Shown here piece by piece: positions 33,548 to 42,272 of a stretch of 64,000 bases of DNA. The position numbers and the translations under genes were made by a program. This DNA comes from Actinomycetes bacterium. GTDB taxonomy: Bacteria; Actinomycetota; Acidimicrobiia; IMCC26256; PALSA-610. The notes under the pieces were generated by a model that was not told where the DNA came from, did not search any database, and worked only from the letters and a program-made list of their open reading frames with translations. The stretch's first letter is position 1. Each line of letters starts with the position of its first letter. Location: assembly GCA_025463905.1 (NCBI GenBank), contig JAODBJ010000238.1:7629-71628 (forward strand). The letters are read 5' to 3'.

Positions 33548-34336
33548 CTAGGTAACTATGCCACGTTCGGGCAACGGCTCCGACAGCCGGCCGCGCAGCT
33601 GGAAGATCGCCTTGGTGTGGATCTGGCACACGCGGCTCTCGGTAACGCCGAGCACCGCGCCGATCTCGGCGAGCGTCAAGCCTTCGTAGTAGTAGAGCGT
33701 GAGCACGAGCCGCTCGCGATCGGGCATGCGGTTGATCGCGTCGGCGAGGACGTGACGCATCTCTTCCGACTCGAACGCTTCCACCGGGTCGTGTTGGCGG
33801 TCCGCGATCGTGTCGCCCACCGTCGCGCCGCCTCCGCGATCGGCACTCGCACTCAACAGCTCGTCGAGTGCCACGATGCCGACGAAGCTGATCTGCGAGA
33901 GGACGTTCGCCAACTCGTCTTCGGTCATGCCGAGCTCGATCGCGACTTCGCGATCCTCAGGCGAGCGCCGCAACTCGTTCTCTAGCTTTGAGTATGCCCG
34001 CTCGATCGCGCGCGCTTTCGCGCGTACGGACCGCGGCACCCAGTCGATCGAGCGCAGCTCGTCGATGATGGCGCCCTTGATCCGGGAGATCGCGTACGTC
34101 TCGAACTTGTATCCGCGTCCAGGATCGAACTTGTCGATCGCGTCGATCAATCCAAAGATCCCGTAGCTCACGAGATCGGATTGCTCGATGTTCTGGGGGA
34201 GGCCGGCCGCGACGCGGCCCGCGACGAATTTGACGAGTGGTGCGAAGTGCAAGATCAGACGCTCGCGCGCGTCGCGAGTGCCGTGCTCTTTGTACTCGGC
34301 CCAGATCTCAGAGATTGATGCCGACGAATCGTCCAC
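33548..34336 (-). CDS. RNA polymerase sigma factor, FliA/WhiG (group 3) family
   Basis: Region 2 DLVSYGIFGLIDAIDKFDPGRGYKFETYAISRIKGAIIDELR, region 3, and region 4 HTH LTLAEIGAVLGVTESRVCQIHTKA. The position next to xerC/rpsB matches whiG in streptomycetes. Confidence 0.85.
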   Translation of the reverse strand: MDDSSASISEIWAEYKEHGTRDARERLILHFAPLVKFVAGRVAAGLPQNIEQSDLVSYGIFGLIDAIDKFDPGRGYKFETYAISRIKGAIIDELRSIDWVPRSVRAKARAIERAYSKLENELRRSPEDREVAIELGMTEDELANVLSQISFVGIVALDELLSASADRGGGATVGDTIADRQHDPVEAFESEEMRHVLADAINRMPDRERLVLTLYYYEGLTLAEIGAVLGVTESRVCQIHTKAIFQLRGRLSEPLPERGIVT

Positions 34337-34342
34337 AGTTTG

Positions 34343-35275
34343 TTACGCCCGCGGGTGTGTGTGCTGGTACACCGACTTCAATCGGTCACGGGTGACGTGA
34401 GTGTAGACCTGGGTGGTAGAGAGGTCGGCATGACCTAAGAGTTCTTGTACGGCGCGCAAGTCGGCACCGCCTTCCAGGAGGTGGGTGGCGAACGCATGCC
34501 GCAGCGAGTGAGGGTGCAACGGGCGCCCGTCGGGCATGGGGAACTGCGCCAGCACCCGCCGCGCGTCACGCGGAGTGAGACGTTTCCCGCGACGGTTGAG
34601 GAACACTGCGCTCGGTGGGCTCGCGTCGTGGAGCAGTGCGGCGCGTCCATGGTCGATGTAGTCGACCAACGCCGAGCTCGCCGCGTCCCCGAGGGGCAAG
34701 CGGCGCACTTTCGACCCCTTTCCCAACACCGTCACGTGGCCTTTGCGCAGATCGAGATGGTCGAGGTCGAGCGCACAACACTCACTGATACGCGTGCCGG
34801 TGCCGTAGAGCAGTTCGAGGAGAGCCAGGTCACGCTGCGCGATCGCAACCTGCGCGTCGAACGCGTCGTCGCCCAAGGCGTCTTCGGCGACGGTCACGCG
34901 ATCTTCGGCGGCGTCCATCAACGCGGCGGCATCGGCGGCGCGTGGGACGCGCGGCAGGCGCGTCGGACCCGAAGGTGAACGAAGGTGACGTCCGGCGTCG
35001 TGCTCGGCGAAACCGCCGCGACGCAGGTAGCGCGAGAAGGCGCGAATTGACGCGGCCTTCCGTGCAATCGTCGCGCGCGCGAAGCCGCGCGTCGTGAGGT
35101 ACGCGAGGTAGCGGCGCAACACCCGATGGTCGAGCGCGACCGGCGATGCGCATCCCCCACGTGCGCACCACTCGACGAACTCGCGAACGTCGTGGTCGTA
35201 CGCCCGCCGCGTGTGCTCACTCACCGCAGTGAGCGAGCCGACGAAATCGTCGACCGGCCACTCGGGGGTGCTCAT
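34343..35275 (-). CDS. xerC: Tyrosine recombinase XerC
   Basis: Catalytic residues lie in RISE, HSLRHAFATHLLEGGADLR, and LGHADLSTTQVYTHV. Confidence 0.9.
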   Translation of the reverse strand: MSTPEWPVDDFVGSLTAVSEHTRRAYDHDVREFVEWCARGGCASPVALDHRVLRRYLAYLTTRGFARATIARKAASIRAFSRYLRRGGFAEHDAGRHLRSPSGPTRLPRVPRAADAAALMDAAEDRVTVAEDALGDDAFDAQVAIAQRDLALLELLYGTGTRISECCALDLDHLDLRKGHVTVLGKGSKVRRLPLGDAASSALVDYIDHGRAALLHDASPPSAVFLNRRGKRLTPRDARRVLAQFPMPDGRPLHPHSLRHAFATHLLEGGADLRAVQELLGHADLSTTQVYTHVTRDRLKSVYQHTHPRA

Positions 35276-35461
35276 CGGAGTCGAGCGTAACCATCGCTCG
35301 CAGGTGTGCGTGACGCTTCGGGTTCTTGCCGGCGTGCGGGCTCATTGTCACACCCTCCCGTTACGTTGGTCTTGCACCTCGCGCAAACCCTCGCGAGCCG
35401 TCGAGCGGCCTCGGTTTGGCCCTCCAACGAATGCCCCTCTCTTGGAGTTCGTGGAGGTCCG

Positions 35462-36961
35462 GTGATCGCTTCGGTTCGTAGTGCCACCTTGCTCGGTATC
35501 GACGGTCAGGTCGTGTCGGTCGAGGTACATGTGTCGAACGGCCTGCCCGCATACAACGTGGTGGGGCTGCCCGACGCCGCCGGTCGCGAATCGCGCGAAC
35601 GGGTGCGGGCCGCGCTGCTCTCGACCGGCCTCGAGTTCCCGATGCGTCGCATCACCGTGAACCTCGCGCCGGCAACCGTGCGCAAGACCGGGTCGGGGCT
35701 GGAGCTCGCGATCGCGCTCGCGCTCCTCGTCGCCGACGGCAAGCTTCCCGACGTCGTGCTCGACGGCACCGGTGTGATCGGCGAACTCGGGCTCGACGGG
35801 CGCGTGCGCCCCGCGGTCGGCGTGCTCGCGCTCGTCGACGCGTTGGCAAAGCACGGTGTCGAGCGCGTGGTCATCCCCGATGCGAACGCCATCGAAGGCT
35901 TGCTCGTGCCGCGCGTCGAGGTGCTGGTCGCCCGCAACCTCGGCGAGTTGCACGAATGCCTGAAGGGTGAAGCGCCGTGGCCGGAACCGTCATCGGTCAC
36001 GCACGAAGAATCGCCGGTCGACGACGAGCCACTCGATCTCGCCGACGTCCGCGGCCTTCCGAACGCGCGCCATGCGCTGGTCACCGCAGCCGCGGGTGGC
36101 CACCATCTGTTGATCGCAGGGCCGCCCGGCGCCGGCAAGACAATGCTGGCGCGACGCCTGCCGACGATCCTTCCGCCGCTCGAAACCGACGAAGCCCTCG
36201 AAGTGACACGCATTCACTCCGCCACCGGTCTCGCGCCGGCGCGCGGCTTGATCACACAGCGCCCGTTCCGCGCGCCACACCACACTGCGTCGAGTGCGGC
36301 GATCGTTGGCGGCGGCAGCCCTCGCCCGAGACCCGGCGAAATCACGCTCGCGAATCGTGGCGTGCTCTTCCTCGACGAGATTGCCGAGTTCCATCCAAGC
36401 GTGCTCGAAGCCTTGCGCCAGCCGCTCGAGGAACGCGTCGTCCGGATAAGCCGCGCGGCGATCGCGCTCACCTTCCCGGCCGACTTCACGTTGATCGCAT
36501 GTTGCAATCCCTGCCCGTGCGGCCGTGATGTCACCAACTGCCGCTGCACCGATCTTCAACGAACGCGATACAAGCGCCGGCTATCCGCGCCGCTGCTCGA
36601 TCGCTTCGACCTGCGGGTACCGGTCTCGGCACCCGGCGCGCACGCGCCGCCCGGCGAACCTTCCGTCGCGGTTGCCGAACGGGTCGCGGTGGCGGTGGCG
36701 CGCCAGCGAGCGCGATATCGCGATTGGCCGTGGCGCCGGAACGGCAACGTGCCCGGGGGCGCACTCCAGGCGCTCGTCACCCTCGCACCGGATGTGGAGG
36801 CTGGGTGGCGCGACGCCTGCGAACGCGACCAATGCACCGGACGAGGCGCGGCGCGCGTCCGGCGCGTCGCACGAACGCTCGCCGACATCGACGACCGCTC
36901 GGACGTGACCGAGGACGACATCGCCTGCGCGCTCGAACTCCGCCAGGACCTCTTCGAATGA
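35462..36961 (+). CDS. comM: YifB/ComM family Mg-chelatase-like ATPase
   Basis: GTG 35462 after GGAGG. N-terminal Lon-like VRSATLLGIDGQVVSVEVHV...GLPDAAGRESRERV, Walker A IAGPPGAGKTMLA, and FLDEIAEF. Confidence 0.9.
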   Translation: MIASVRSATLLGIDGQVVSVEVHVSNGLPAYNVVGLPDAAGRESRERVRAALLSTGLEFPMRRITVNLAPATVRKTGSGLELAIALALLVADGKLPDVVLDGTGVIGELGLDGRVRPAVGVLALVDALAKHGVERVVIPDANAIEGLLVPRVEVLVARNLGELHECLKGEAPWPEPSSVTHEESPVDDEPLDLADVRGLPNARHALVTAAAGGHHLLIAGPPGAGKTMLARRLPTILPPLETDEALEVTRIHSATGLAPARGLITQRPFRAPHHTASSAAIVGGGSPRPRPGEITLANRGVLFLDEIAEFHPSVLEALRQPLEERVVRISRAAIALTFPADFTLIACCNPCPCGRDVTNCRCTDLQRTRYKRRLSAPLLDRFDLRVPVSAPGAHAPPGEPSVAVAERVAVAVARQRARYRDWPWRRNGNVPGGALQALVTLAPDVEAGWRDACERDQCTGRGAARVRRVARTLADIDDRSDVTEDDIACALELRQDLFE

Positions 36962-38130
36962 CCGAACCCGACAACCCCACTCGTTTTGATCTCAAGAGCC
37001 GACCGTTTCCGGTACGAAACCATGATCAAAACAGCAGCGGACGCAGTGAGCTCGTTGCGGCGGCGACGCTGGCGGCGCTGCCCGACATCACGCCGCATCG
37101 GTTGCGACGACTGTTCGAACGGTTCGGCGATGCGAAAAGCGCACTCATGGCCGTCTCGCGGGGCGAGGCCGCCGCGGCGCTCCGCGCCGGAGACGCCGGC
37201 GCGGCCGACCTGGCTCGACGCTGGCAACGCGGCGCCGACCCGGTGCGAGTCGCGACCGAGATGGATCGGCGCGGCACCCATGTCTGGGTCGAAGGAGCCG
37301 ACGGCTTCCCGATCACGAAGCCCGCCGCCAACCCGCCGTGTGTGCTGCTGGGCGAGGGCGTCGCAGGCGACGTGTTCGACCGGCCCCGCGTTGCCATTGT
37401 CGGTACGCGTTCGGCGACGCCGCACGGGTTGGCCGACGCCGCAGAACTCGGCGGTTTTCTCGCGCTTGCGGGCGTCACGGTAGTGAGCGGCATGGCGATT
37501 GGGATCGACGGCGCGGCGCACGAAGGCGCCCTGGCCGCGAGCGGCGCGGTCGTTGGCGTGGTCGCGACCGGCCTCGACATCGAGTATCCACGACGTCACG
37601 CGCCCCTGTACCGCCGAGTGCGCAAGAACGGCGTGGTCGTGAGCGAGCACTGGTACGGCGTGCCGCCGGATCGCGGTCGTTTCCCGGTCAGCAACCGCAT
37701 CATCGCCGCGTTGTCGGACGTCGTCGTGATTGTCGAGGCGACGTTGAAAGGCGGAGCGCGCCATACGGCCGACGCCGCGCTCGACTACGGGCGTCCGGTG
37801 CTTGCGATCCCCGGATCGCGCCGCAACGCGGCCGCGGCCGGCTGCAACCAGCTCATATCCGACGGCGCCGGCCCGCTGCTCGAACCGAGTGACGTCTTGG
37901 TCGCGCTCGAACTCGCAGCCGGTGGTCGCGCAAAGTGGAAGGCGCCGCGAGCGGCGGAGCGATCGCGCGACGAACGGGCAGTGCTGCGCTCGCTCGGCGG
38001 CGAGCCGGCGACGGTCGACGACATCATGGTGCGCACCGGCCTCGCCACCTCGACCGTGATCAACGCGCTTCGTTCGCTCGAACGCGACCAAGGGGTCCGC
38101 CGGCAGCGGGGGTTCATCTGGCCGAGCTGA
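36958..38130 (+). CDS. dprA: DNA-processing protein DprA
   Basis: ATG 36958 in an ATGA overlap with the comM stop. Motifs: VAIVGTRSATPHG, VVSGMAIGIDGAAH, FPVSNRIIAALS and VVIVEATLKGGA. Confidence 0.9.
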   Translation: MTEPDNPTRFDLKSRPFPVRNHDQNSSGRSELVAAATLAALPDITPHRLRRLFERFGDAKSALMAVSRGEAAAALRAGDAGAADLARRWQRGADPVRVATEMDRRGTHVWVEGADGFPITKPAANPPCVLLGEGVAGDVFDRPRVAIVGTRSATPHGLADAAELGGFLALAGVTVVSGMAIGIDGAAHEGALAASGAVVGVVATGLDIEYPRRHAPLYRRVRKNGVVVSEHWYGVPPDRGRFPVSNRIIAALSDVVVIVEATLKGGARHTADAALDYGRPVLAIPGSRRNAAAAGCNQLISDGAGPLLEPSDVLVALELAAGGRAKWKAPRAAERSRDERAVLRSLGGEPATVDDIMVRTGLATSTVINALRSLERDQGVRRQRGFIWPS

Positions 38131-38174
38131 CGCCATCCGTGTGCGCGATCCAGCGCGCCCGCAAGACTGACGCC

Positions 38175-38690
38175 ATGGCGGGCGACGAAAAGGTGCCATT
38201 CGATCTGGCGAGCTACGAACGACGCGTTCACGAGAACGCGCAGCGAGGGACGTGCTTCATCTGCGCGATCGTCGACGGCGAAGACGACGAGCATCTCGTC
38301 GTGTGGCGAGACGACGTGTGCATCGCGTTCCTCGCGAAGTTCCCGACGCTGCGCGGATGTTGCTTGCTCGCACCACTCGACCATCGAACCGGCGTCGTCG
38401 ACGATTTCGCCGAGGACGAATACGCGCAACTCCAGCGGCGGGTACATCGCCTGGGCCGGGCGGTTGCCCAGGCCGTGCCAACGGAACGGCTGTACGTGTT
38501 GAGCCTCGGCAGCCGCGACGGGAACGCGCACGTCCACTGGCATGTCGCGCCGCTGCCCCCCGGTGTCCCGTATCGCGAGCAGCAGTACGCCGCGCTAATG
38601 CACGAAAACGGCTACCTGGATCTCTCACGGCAGGAGCAGTCGTCGCTGGCGTCCCGAATCACCGGCTTGCTCGACGTCGAGCCCGCGTGA
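38175..38690 (+). CDS. HIT (histidine triad) family protein
   Basis: ATG 38175. CFICAIV is followed by the triad NAHVHWHVAP. Confidence 0.85.
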   Translation: MAGDEKVPFDLASYERRVHENAQRGTCFICAIVDGEDDEHLVVWRDDVCIAFLAKFPTLRGCCLLAPLDHRTGVVDDFAEDEYAQLQRRVHRLGRAVAQAVPTERLYVLSLGSRDGNAHVHWHVAPLPPGVPYREQQYAALMHENGYLDLSRQEQSSLASRITGLLDVEPA

Positions 38691-38732
38691 AGCGGCGCAA
38701 GACAACCGGCAGTGCGCCACTACCGTAGGAAT

Positions 38733-38846
38733 GTGGGCTTCAACCCGTACCGGCAGCGAGTACGTCGCAGCAGCGACATTGCAATCGTGGTCGCGGCGCT
38801 CGTCGTGGTCACGTTGTTGGTGCTGTGGGCCGCCTTCGGCCAATGA
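38733..38846 (+). CDS. Candidate small membrane protein (37 aa; not in ORF track)
   Basis: GTG 38733 (alternatively GTG 38712) gives VGFNPYRQRVRRSSDIAIVVAALVVVTLLVLWAAFGQ. It has one clear TM helix. By my count, 31 of 37 codons end in G/C. Its TGA (38844-38846) overlaps ATG 38843 of the next gene (ATGA). No good SD is present. Confidence 0.35.
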   Translation: MGFNPYRQRVRRSSDIAIVVAALVVVTLLVLWAAFGQ

Positions 38847-39064
38847 ACCGCGGCCACTTCGAAGACGCGGTCGAAGTACGCCACGTCCAGCCCTACGAAG
38901 CGGTGAAGGCCTACCGGTGCCCCGGTTGCAACCACGAGATCCGCGCCCGCGAAGGGCACGAGGTCGTGGTGCCGGTTGACGCGCCCGACTTGCGCCGCCA
39001 CTGGCACACCGCGTGCTGGCGCATCGAACAGCGCCGCACACAAGGCAAGCGGCCGCGCGGCTAG
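38843..39064 (+). CDS. Small conserved Cys/His (zinc-ribbon-like) protein
   Basis: ORF 38825-39064, with ATG 38843 preferred. YRCPGCNHEI...RRHWHTACW suggests a CxxC...HxxC metal site. Function unknown. Confidence 0.55.
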   Translation: MNRGHFEDAVEVRHVQPYEAVKAYRCPGCNHEIRAREGHEVVVPVDAPDLRRHWHTACWRIEQRRTQGKRPRG

Positions 39065-39071
39065 GGGCCGG

Positions 39072-39440
39072 TCAGAACGCTTGCTCGAGCACCGTCACGA
39101 GCCAGCCACCATGACCGTCGGGGACGACCGACGCCACGTCGAAACGGATTGCACCACCCCGCCGCGACCGATTCGCGTCGAGCCAGCGACCGGCGAGCGT
39201 CCGCAACCGGTGTTGCTTGCGGACGGTGACCGCTTCGACGGGCAGACCGAAGCGGTCGCTGCGGCGCGTCTTCACCTCGCAGAACACGAGCGTGCCGGCG
39301 CGAGCGGCGATCACGTCGAGTTCGCCTTCGCGCACGCGCCAGTTGCGATCGAGCACGTCGTAGCCGGCGTCTCGGTACCAGGCGGCCACTGCGTCTTCGC
39401 CGGCGGCACCGACGCGTCGGCGCGCGTCTTCGACCGGCAT
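39072..39440 (-). CDS. yraN: YraN family (UPF0102) endonuclease-like protein
   Basis: GEDAVAAWYRDAGYDVLDRNWR...GELDVIA...LVFCEVKTR is the typical UPF0102 pattern. Confidence 0.85.
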   Translation of the reverse strand: MPVEDARRRVGAAGEDAVAAWYRDAGYDVLDRNWRVREGELDVIAARAGTLVFCEVKTRRSDRFGLPVEAVTVRKQHRLRTLAGRWLDANRSRRGGAIRFDVASVVPDGHGGWLVTVLEQAF

Positions 39441-39447
39441 GTTCAGA

Positions 39448-39738
39448 TCACTCGTTGCGAGGGAGTTCCTCGACGTTGACGTCTTTGAACGTCACGACCC
39501 GCACGTCGGAGACAAAACGCGTGTGGCGGTACATGTCCCACACCCACGCGTCGTGCAGCTGCAACTCGAAGAAGACCCGGCCGTTCTCGTTCTTGACGTC
39601 GAGTTTGACGTCGTTGGCCAGGTAGAAGCGGCGCTCCGTCTCCACGACGTACGCGAACATCGGCAAGACGTCGCGGTACTCGCGGTACAGCTGGAGTTCG
39701 ATCTCGGTCTCGTAGCGCTCGAGATCCTCAGCGCTCAT
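39448..39738 (-). CDS. DUF2469 domain protein (conserved actinobacterial)
   Basis: ATG 39738 after GAAGG. MSAEDLERYETEIELQLYREYRDVLPMFAYVVETERRFYLAN matches the family found between rplS and yraN in actinobacteria. Confidence 0.8.
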   Translation of the reverse strand: MSAEDLERYETEIELQLYREYRDVLPMFAYVVETERRFYLANDVKLDVKNENGRVFFELQLHDAWVWDMYRHTRFVSDVRVVTFKDVNVEELPRNE

Positions 39739-39841
39739 CGGAATGCCTTCGCCGGCGGCCTGGAACCCCGCCAGTCTACGGGCTCGCGAGGGGTGCTCGG
39801 CCATGGCCGGATGCCACCCAGCGCCGCCATTTGGCGGACTC

Positions 39842-40186
39842 CTACGTGCGCTTTTCCTTCACCTTCGCGGCTTTTCCGATCCGGTCGCGGAGGTAGTAAA
39901 GCTTCGCCCGGCGGACATCGCCCCTGGTCAGGACCTCGATCGTGGCGATAATCGGCGAATGCACCGGGAAGGTGCGCTCGACCCCCACGCCGAAGCTGAC
40001 CTTGCGGACGGTGAAGGTCTCCCGGGCGCCGCTGCCCTGCCGGCGGATCACCACGCCCTGGAACATCTGGACCCGTTCGCGGGTGCCCTCGACGACCCGG
40101 ACGTGCACCTTCAGGGTGTCGCCAGGTCCGAAATCGGGAACGTCGTCGCGGAGCGCGGCACGGTCGACCAGATCGGTGCGGTTCAT
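39842..40186 (-). CDS. rplS: 50S ribosomal protein L19
   Basis: [31 protein letters not shown]. Confidence 0.95.
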   Translation of the reverse strand: MNRTDLVDRAALRDDVPDFGPGDTLKVHVRVVEGTRERVQMFQGVVIRRQGSGARETFTVRKVSFGVGVERTFPVHSPIIATIEVLTRGDVRRAKLYYLRDRIGKAAKVKEKRT

Positions 40187-40249
40187 AGCGCGGCGCTCCG
40201 GATGTCCTCGAGAATTGGGGGCGGCCGGAAATGCTAGCGCCGACGGCGG

Positions 40250-40966
40250 CTAGGCATCGAACTCCTCCAGGAGCACCCGCTCCGCTTCCGTGAGTGGCCG
40301 TGCCTCGAACAGGTCGGGGCGCCGCTCGCGGGTGCGACGCAACGACTGGGCCCGCCGCCACCGCTCGATCCGCGCGTGGTCGCCGCCGCGCAGCACTTCC
40401 GGCACCTCGAAGCCGCGGAACTCGGCCGGCCGCGTGTACTGCGGATATTCGAGGCGGCCGGCCGCGAACGATTCATCACCGGCCGACGACTCGTTCCCGA
40501 GCGCGCCGGGCAGGAGGCGCGCCACCGCTTCGATCACGACCAACGCCGCCGCTTCCCCGCCGGCCAGGACGTAATCACCGATCGACAGCTCACCGTCGCA
40601 GAGATGATCGGCCACCCGCTGGTCCACACCCTCATACCGGCCACATAGGAGCGAAAACCCGTCGCTCGCGGCAAGGCGTTCTGCCACCGCGTGGTCGAAG
40701 CGTTCCCCGCTCGCCGACAGCAGGTACAGCGGCCTGGGCGGCGCGGCGGCGTCCACCGCGTCGAAGAGCGGCCCCGGCATCATCACCATGCCGGCCCCAC
40801 CTCCGAACGGAGCATCGTCGACGCTGCGGTGGCGGTCGGTCGTGTGCCGGCGCGGGTCGTGCACCCGCACGTCGAGCAACCCGCTTTCGCGCGCGCGCCC
40901 GACGATCGACACGTCGAGGGGCGCGCTGAGGAACTCGGGGAAGATCGTGAAGACGTCGACCCGCAC
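40250..40966 (-). CDS. trmD: tRNA (guanine37-N1)-methyltransferase
   Basis: GTG 40966 gives (M)RVDVFTIFPEF. Also SVDDAPFGGGAGMVM, and LLCGRYEGVDQRV. Confidence 0.95.
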   Translation of the reverse strand: MRVDVFTIFPEFLSAPLDVSIVGRARESGLLDVRVHDPRRHTTDRHRSVDDAPFGGGAGMVMMPGPLFDAVDAAAPPRPLYLLSASGERFDHAVAERLAASDGFSLLCGRYEGVDQRVADHLCDGELSIGDYVLAGGEAAALVVIEAVARLLPGALGNESSAGDESFAAGRLEYPQYTRPAEFRGFEVPEVLRGGDHARIERWRRAQSLRRTRERRPDLFEARPLTEAERVLLEEFDA

Positions 40967-40980
40967 CGGAACGCGCTCCG

Positions 40981-41463
40981 TCAACCGAAGAGTTCGAGCA
41001 GACCCTCGGGAAGGTCGACCACGACCCGCCCGGGTTCTTTGGCCACGACGAATACAACCGGGATGAGCACACCCGACCTGAGCACCAACAAGTCGTGCGC
41101 GGGGTTCGCTTCGAGTGCGACAACCTCGCCGACGACCGTGCCCTCGCGGTCGACGACCTCGGCGCCGATCACTTCGTGCGCCCACACCTCGTCGTCGGAA
41201 AGGTCGTCGAGCGGCGCGCCCGTGAGCAACGCACCGCGCAACTGCTCGGCCGCGTCGCGGTCGTCGACCCCTTCGAAATGCACGACAAACCGACCCTGCT
41301 GGCGTCGCGACGACACAATCCGGGTCGGAGCGCCGTTCACGTCGACGAACGCACCGGCCGCGAAACGCTCATCGCGGTTCGTGATCGGCACCACCATGAC
41401 GTCACCGCGGAGCCCGTGGGCTTTCCCAACCCGTCCGACCTCGAGCCGTTCGACGGGTTGCAC
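40981..41463 (-). CDS. rimM: 16S rRNA processing protein RimM
   Basis: GTG 41463. Motifs: LEVGRVGKAHGLRGDV (N-terminal barrel) and a PRC-barrel-like C-terminus. rpsP-KH-rimM-trmD synteny. Confidence 0.9.
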   Translation of the reverse strand: MQPVERLEVGRVGKAHGLRGDVMVVPITNRDERFAAGAFVDVNGAPTRIVSSRRQQGRFVVHFEGVDDRDAAEQLRGALLTGAPLDDLSDDEVWAHEVIGAEVVDREGTVVGEVVALEANPAHDLLVLRSGVLIPVVFVVAKEPGRVVVDLPEGLLELFG

Positions 41464-41474
41464 CGGCGACGTAC

Positions 41475-41807
41475 TCAGTCGGCGACGTCCACCGTCGCCC
41501 GAGTGCCTTCGGACGCGGCAGCCGCACGAACCAACTGGCGCACCGCCTGGATGACCCGACCGCGCTTGCCGATGAGCCGGCCCATGTCGCCGGGGGCCGC
41601 GTGGACGAGCAGTGTCACGTGGCCCTGCTCTTCGCGCACGTCGACATCGATGCCGTCGGGATCTTCGACGAGGGCTCGGGCGCAATGCTCGACCACCGCG
41701 CGCGCTCGCGAACCGACGATGCGGTTGCCTTCGGCGCCGACTTCGTCTTCGTAGTCGTCGTAGTCGTCTTCGACTTCGTTGGAGCCCTCGAGCGCGTCGT
41801 CGCTCAC
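41475..41807 (-). CDS. KH-domain RNA-binding protein (YlqC-like) with acidic N-terminal extension
   Basis: GTG 41807 in a GTGA overlap with the rpsP stop. GXXG loop [14 protein letters not shown]. Confidence 0.85.
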   Translation of the reverse strand: MSDDALEGSNEVEDDYDDYEDEVGAEGNRIVGSRARAVVEHCARALVEDPDGIDVDVREEQGHVTLLVHAAPGDMGRLIGKRGRVIQAVRQLVRAAAASEGTRATVDVAD

Positions 41808-42217
41808 GCGTCGGTCCCGTCGGCTGCGGGTTCCGCCGCGGGCTCGGGCTCAGGCGCAGCCGCTGCGGCGGGCGCCGGGGCGGTGGCCGCGGGGGTTTCC
41901 GTCACCGCTTTGGGCTTCGCGGACCTGGGGGCGGGCTTCGCCGCCGCGTCGCGACCGGTCGCTTCGCGGTACGCATCCCACACACCCGCGATTGCGAGGA
42001 CCTTGGCTGCCTGCTCCGTGGGCTGCGCGCCCTTCTGGAGCCACGCCACCGCCTTGTCGGAGTCGACCAGGATCACCGACGGCTCGTTGCGCGGCGCGTA
42101 CTGCCCGATGATCTCGATGAAGCGGCCATCGCGAGGGCTGCGGCCGTCGGCGACGACGACGCGGTAGGTCGGCTGCTTCTTCTTGCCCACGCGCATGAGG
42201 CGGATCTTGACGGCCAC
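41804..42217 (-). CDS. rpsP: 30S ribosomal protein S16 with Ala/Pro-rich C-terminal tail
   Basis: GTG 42217 gives (M)[23 protein letters not shown]. Confidence 0.95.
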   Translation of the reverse strand: MAVKIRLMRVGKKKQPTYRVVVADGRSPRDGRFIEIIGQYAPRNEPSVILVDSDKAVAWLQKGAQPTEQAAKVLAIAGVWDAYREATGRDAAAKPAPRSAKPKAVTETPAATAPAPAAAAAPEPEPAAEPAADGTDA

Positions 42218-42272
42218 GCACAGCTCTTTCGGTAGTCGATGGCGACGCTCGGGCGACGCCGAACAGTGAATA

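Noticed and set aside
34343-35275. The tyrosine recombinase as a marker of an integrated mobile element or genomic island boundary.
   Set aside because: The sequence and its position (between the sigma factor/rpsB block and the dprA/comM block) match chromosomal XerC. No attachment-site repeats, phage, IS or conjugation genes are nearby.
36556-38199. A 547-aa minus-strand ORF antisense to comM/dprA. Similar antisense ORFs cover cdsA (25585-26898), plsX (51755-53428), the BY-kinase (12211-13782) and others.
   Set aside because: No recognisable domains and an Arg-rich composition. The opposite-strand genes carry clear family signatures and proper start contexts.
29495-42217. Ala/Glu/Pro-rich C-terminal tails on ribosomal proteins S2 (29495-~29800) and S16 (41804-~41960), and the acidic N-terminus of the KH protein.
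   Set aside because: Such low-complexity extensions on these proteins are common in high-GC Gram-positive lineages. I see nothing beyond that here.
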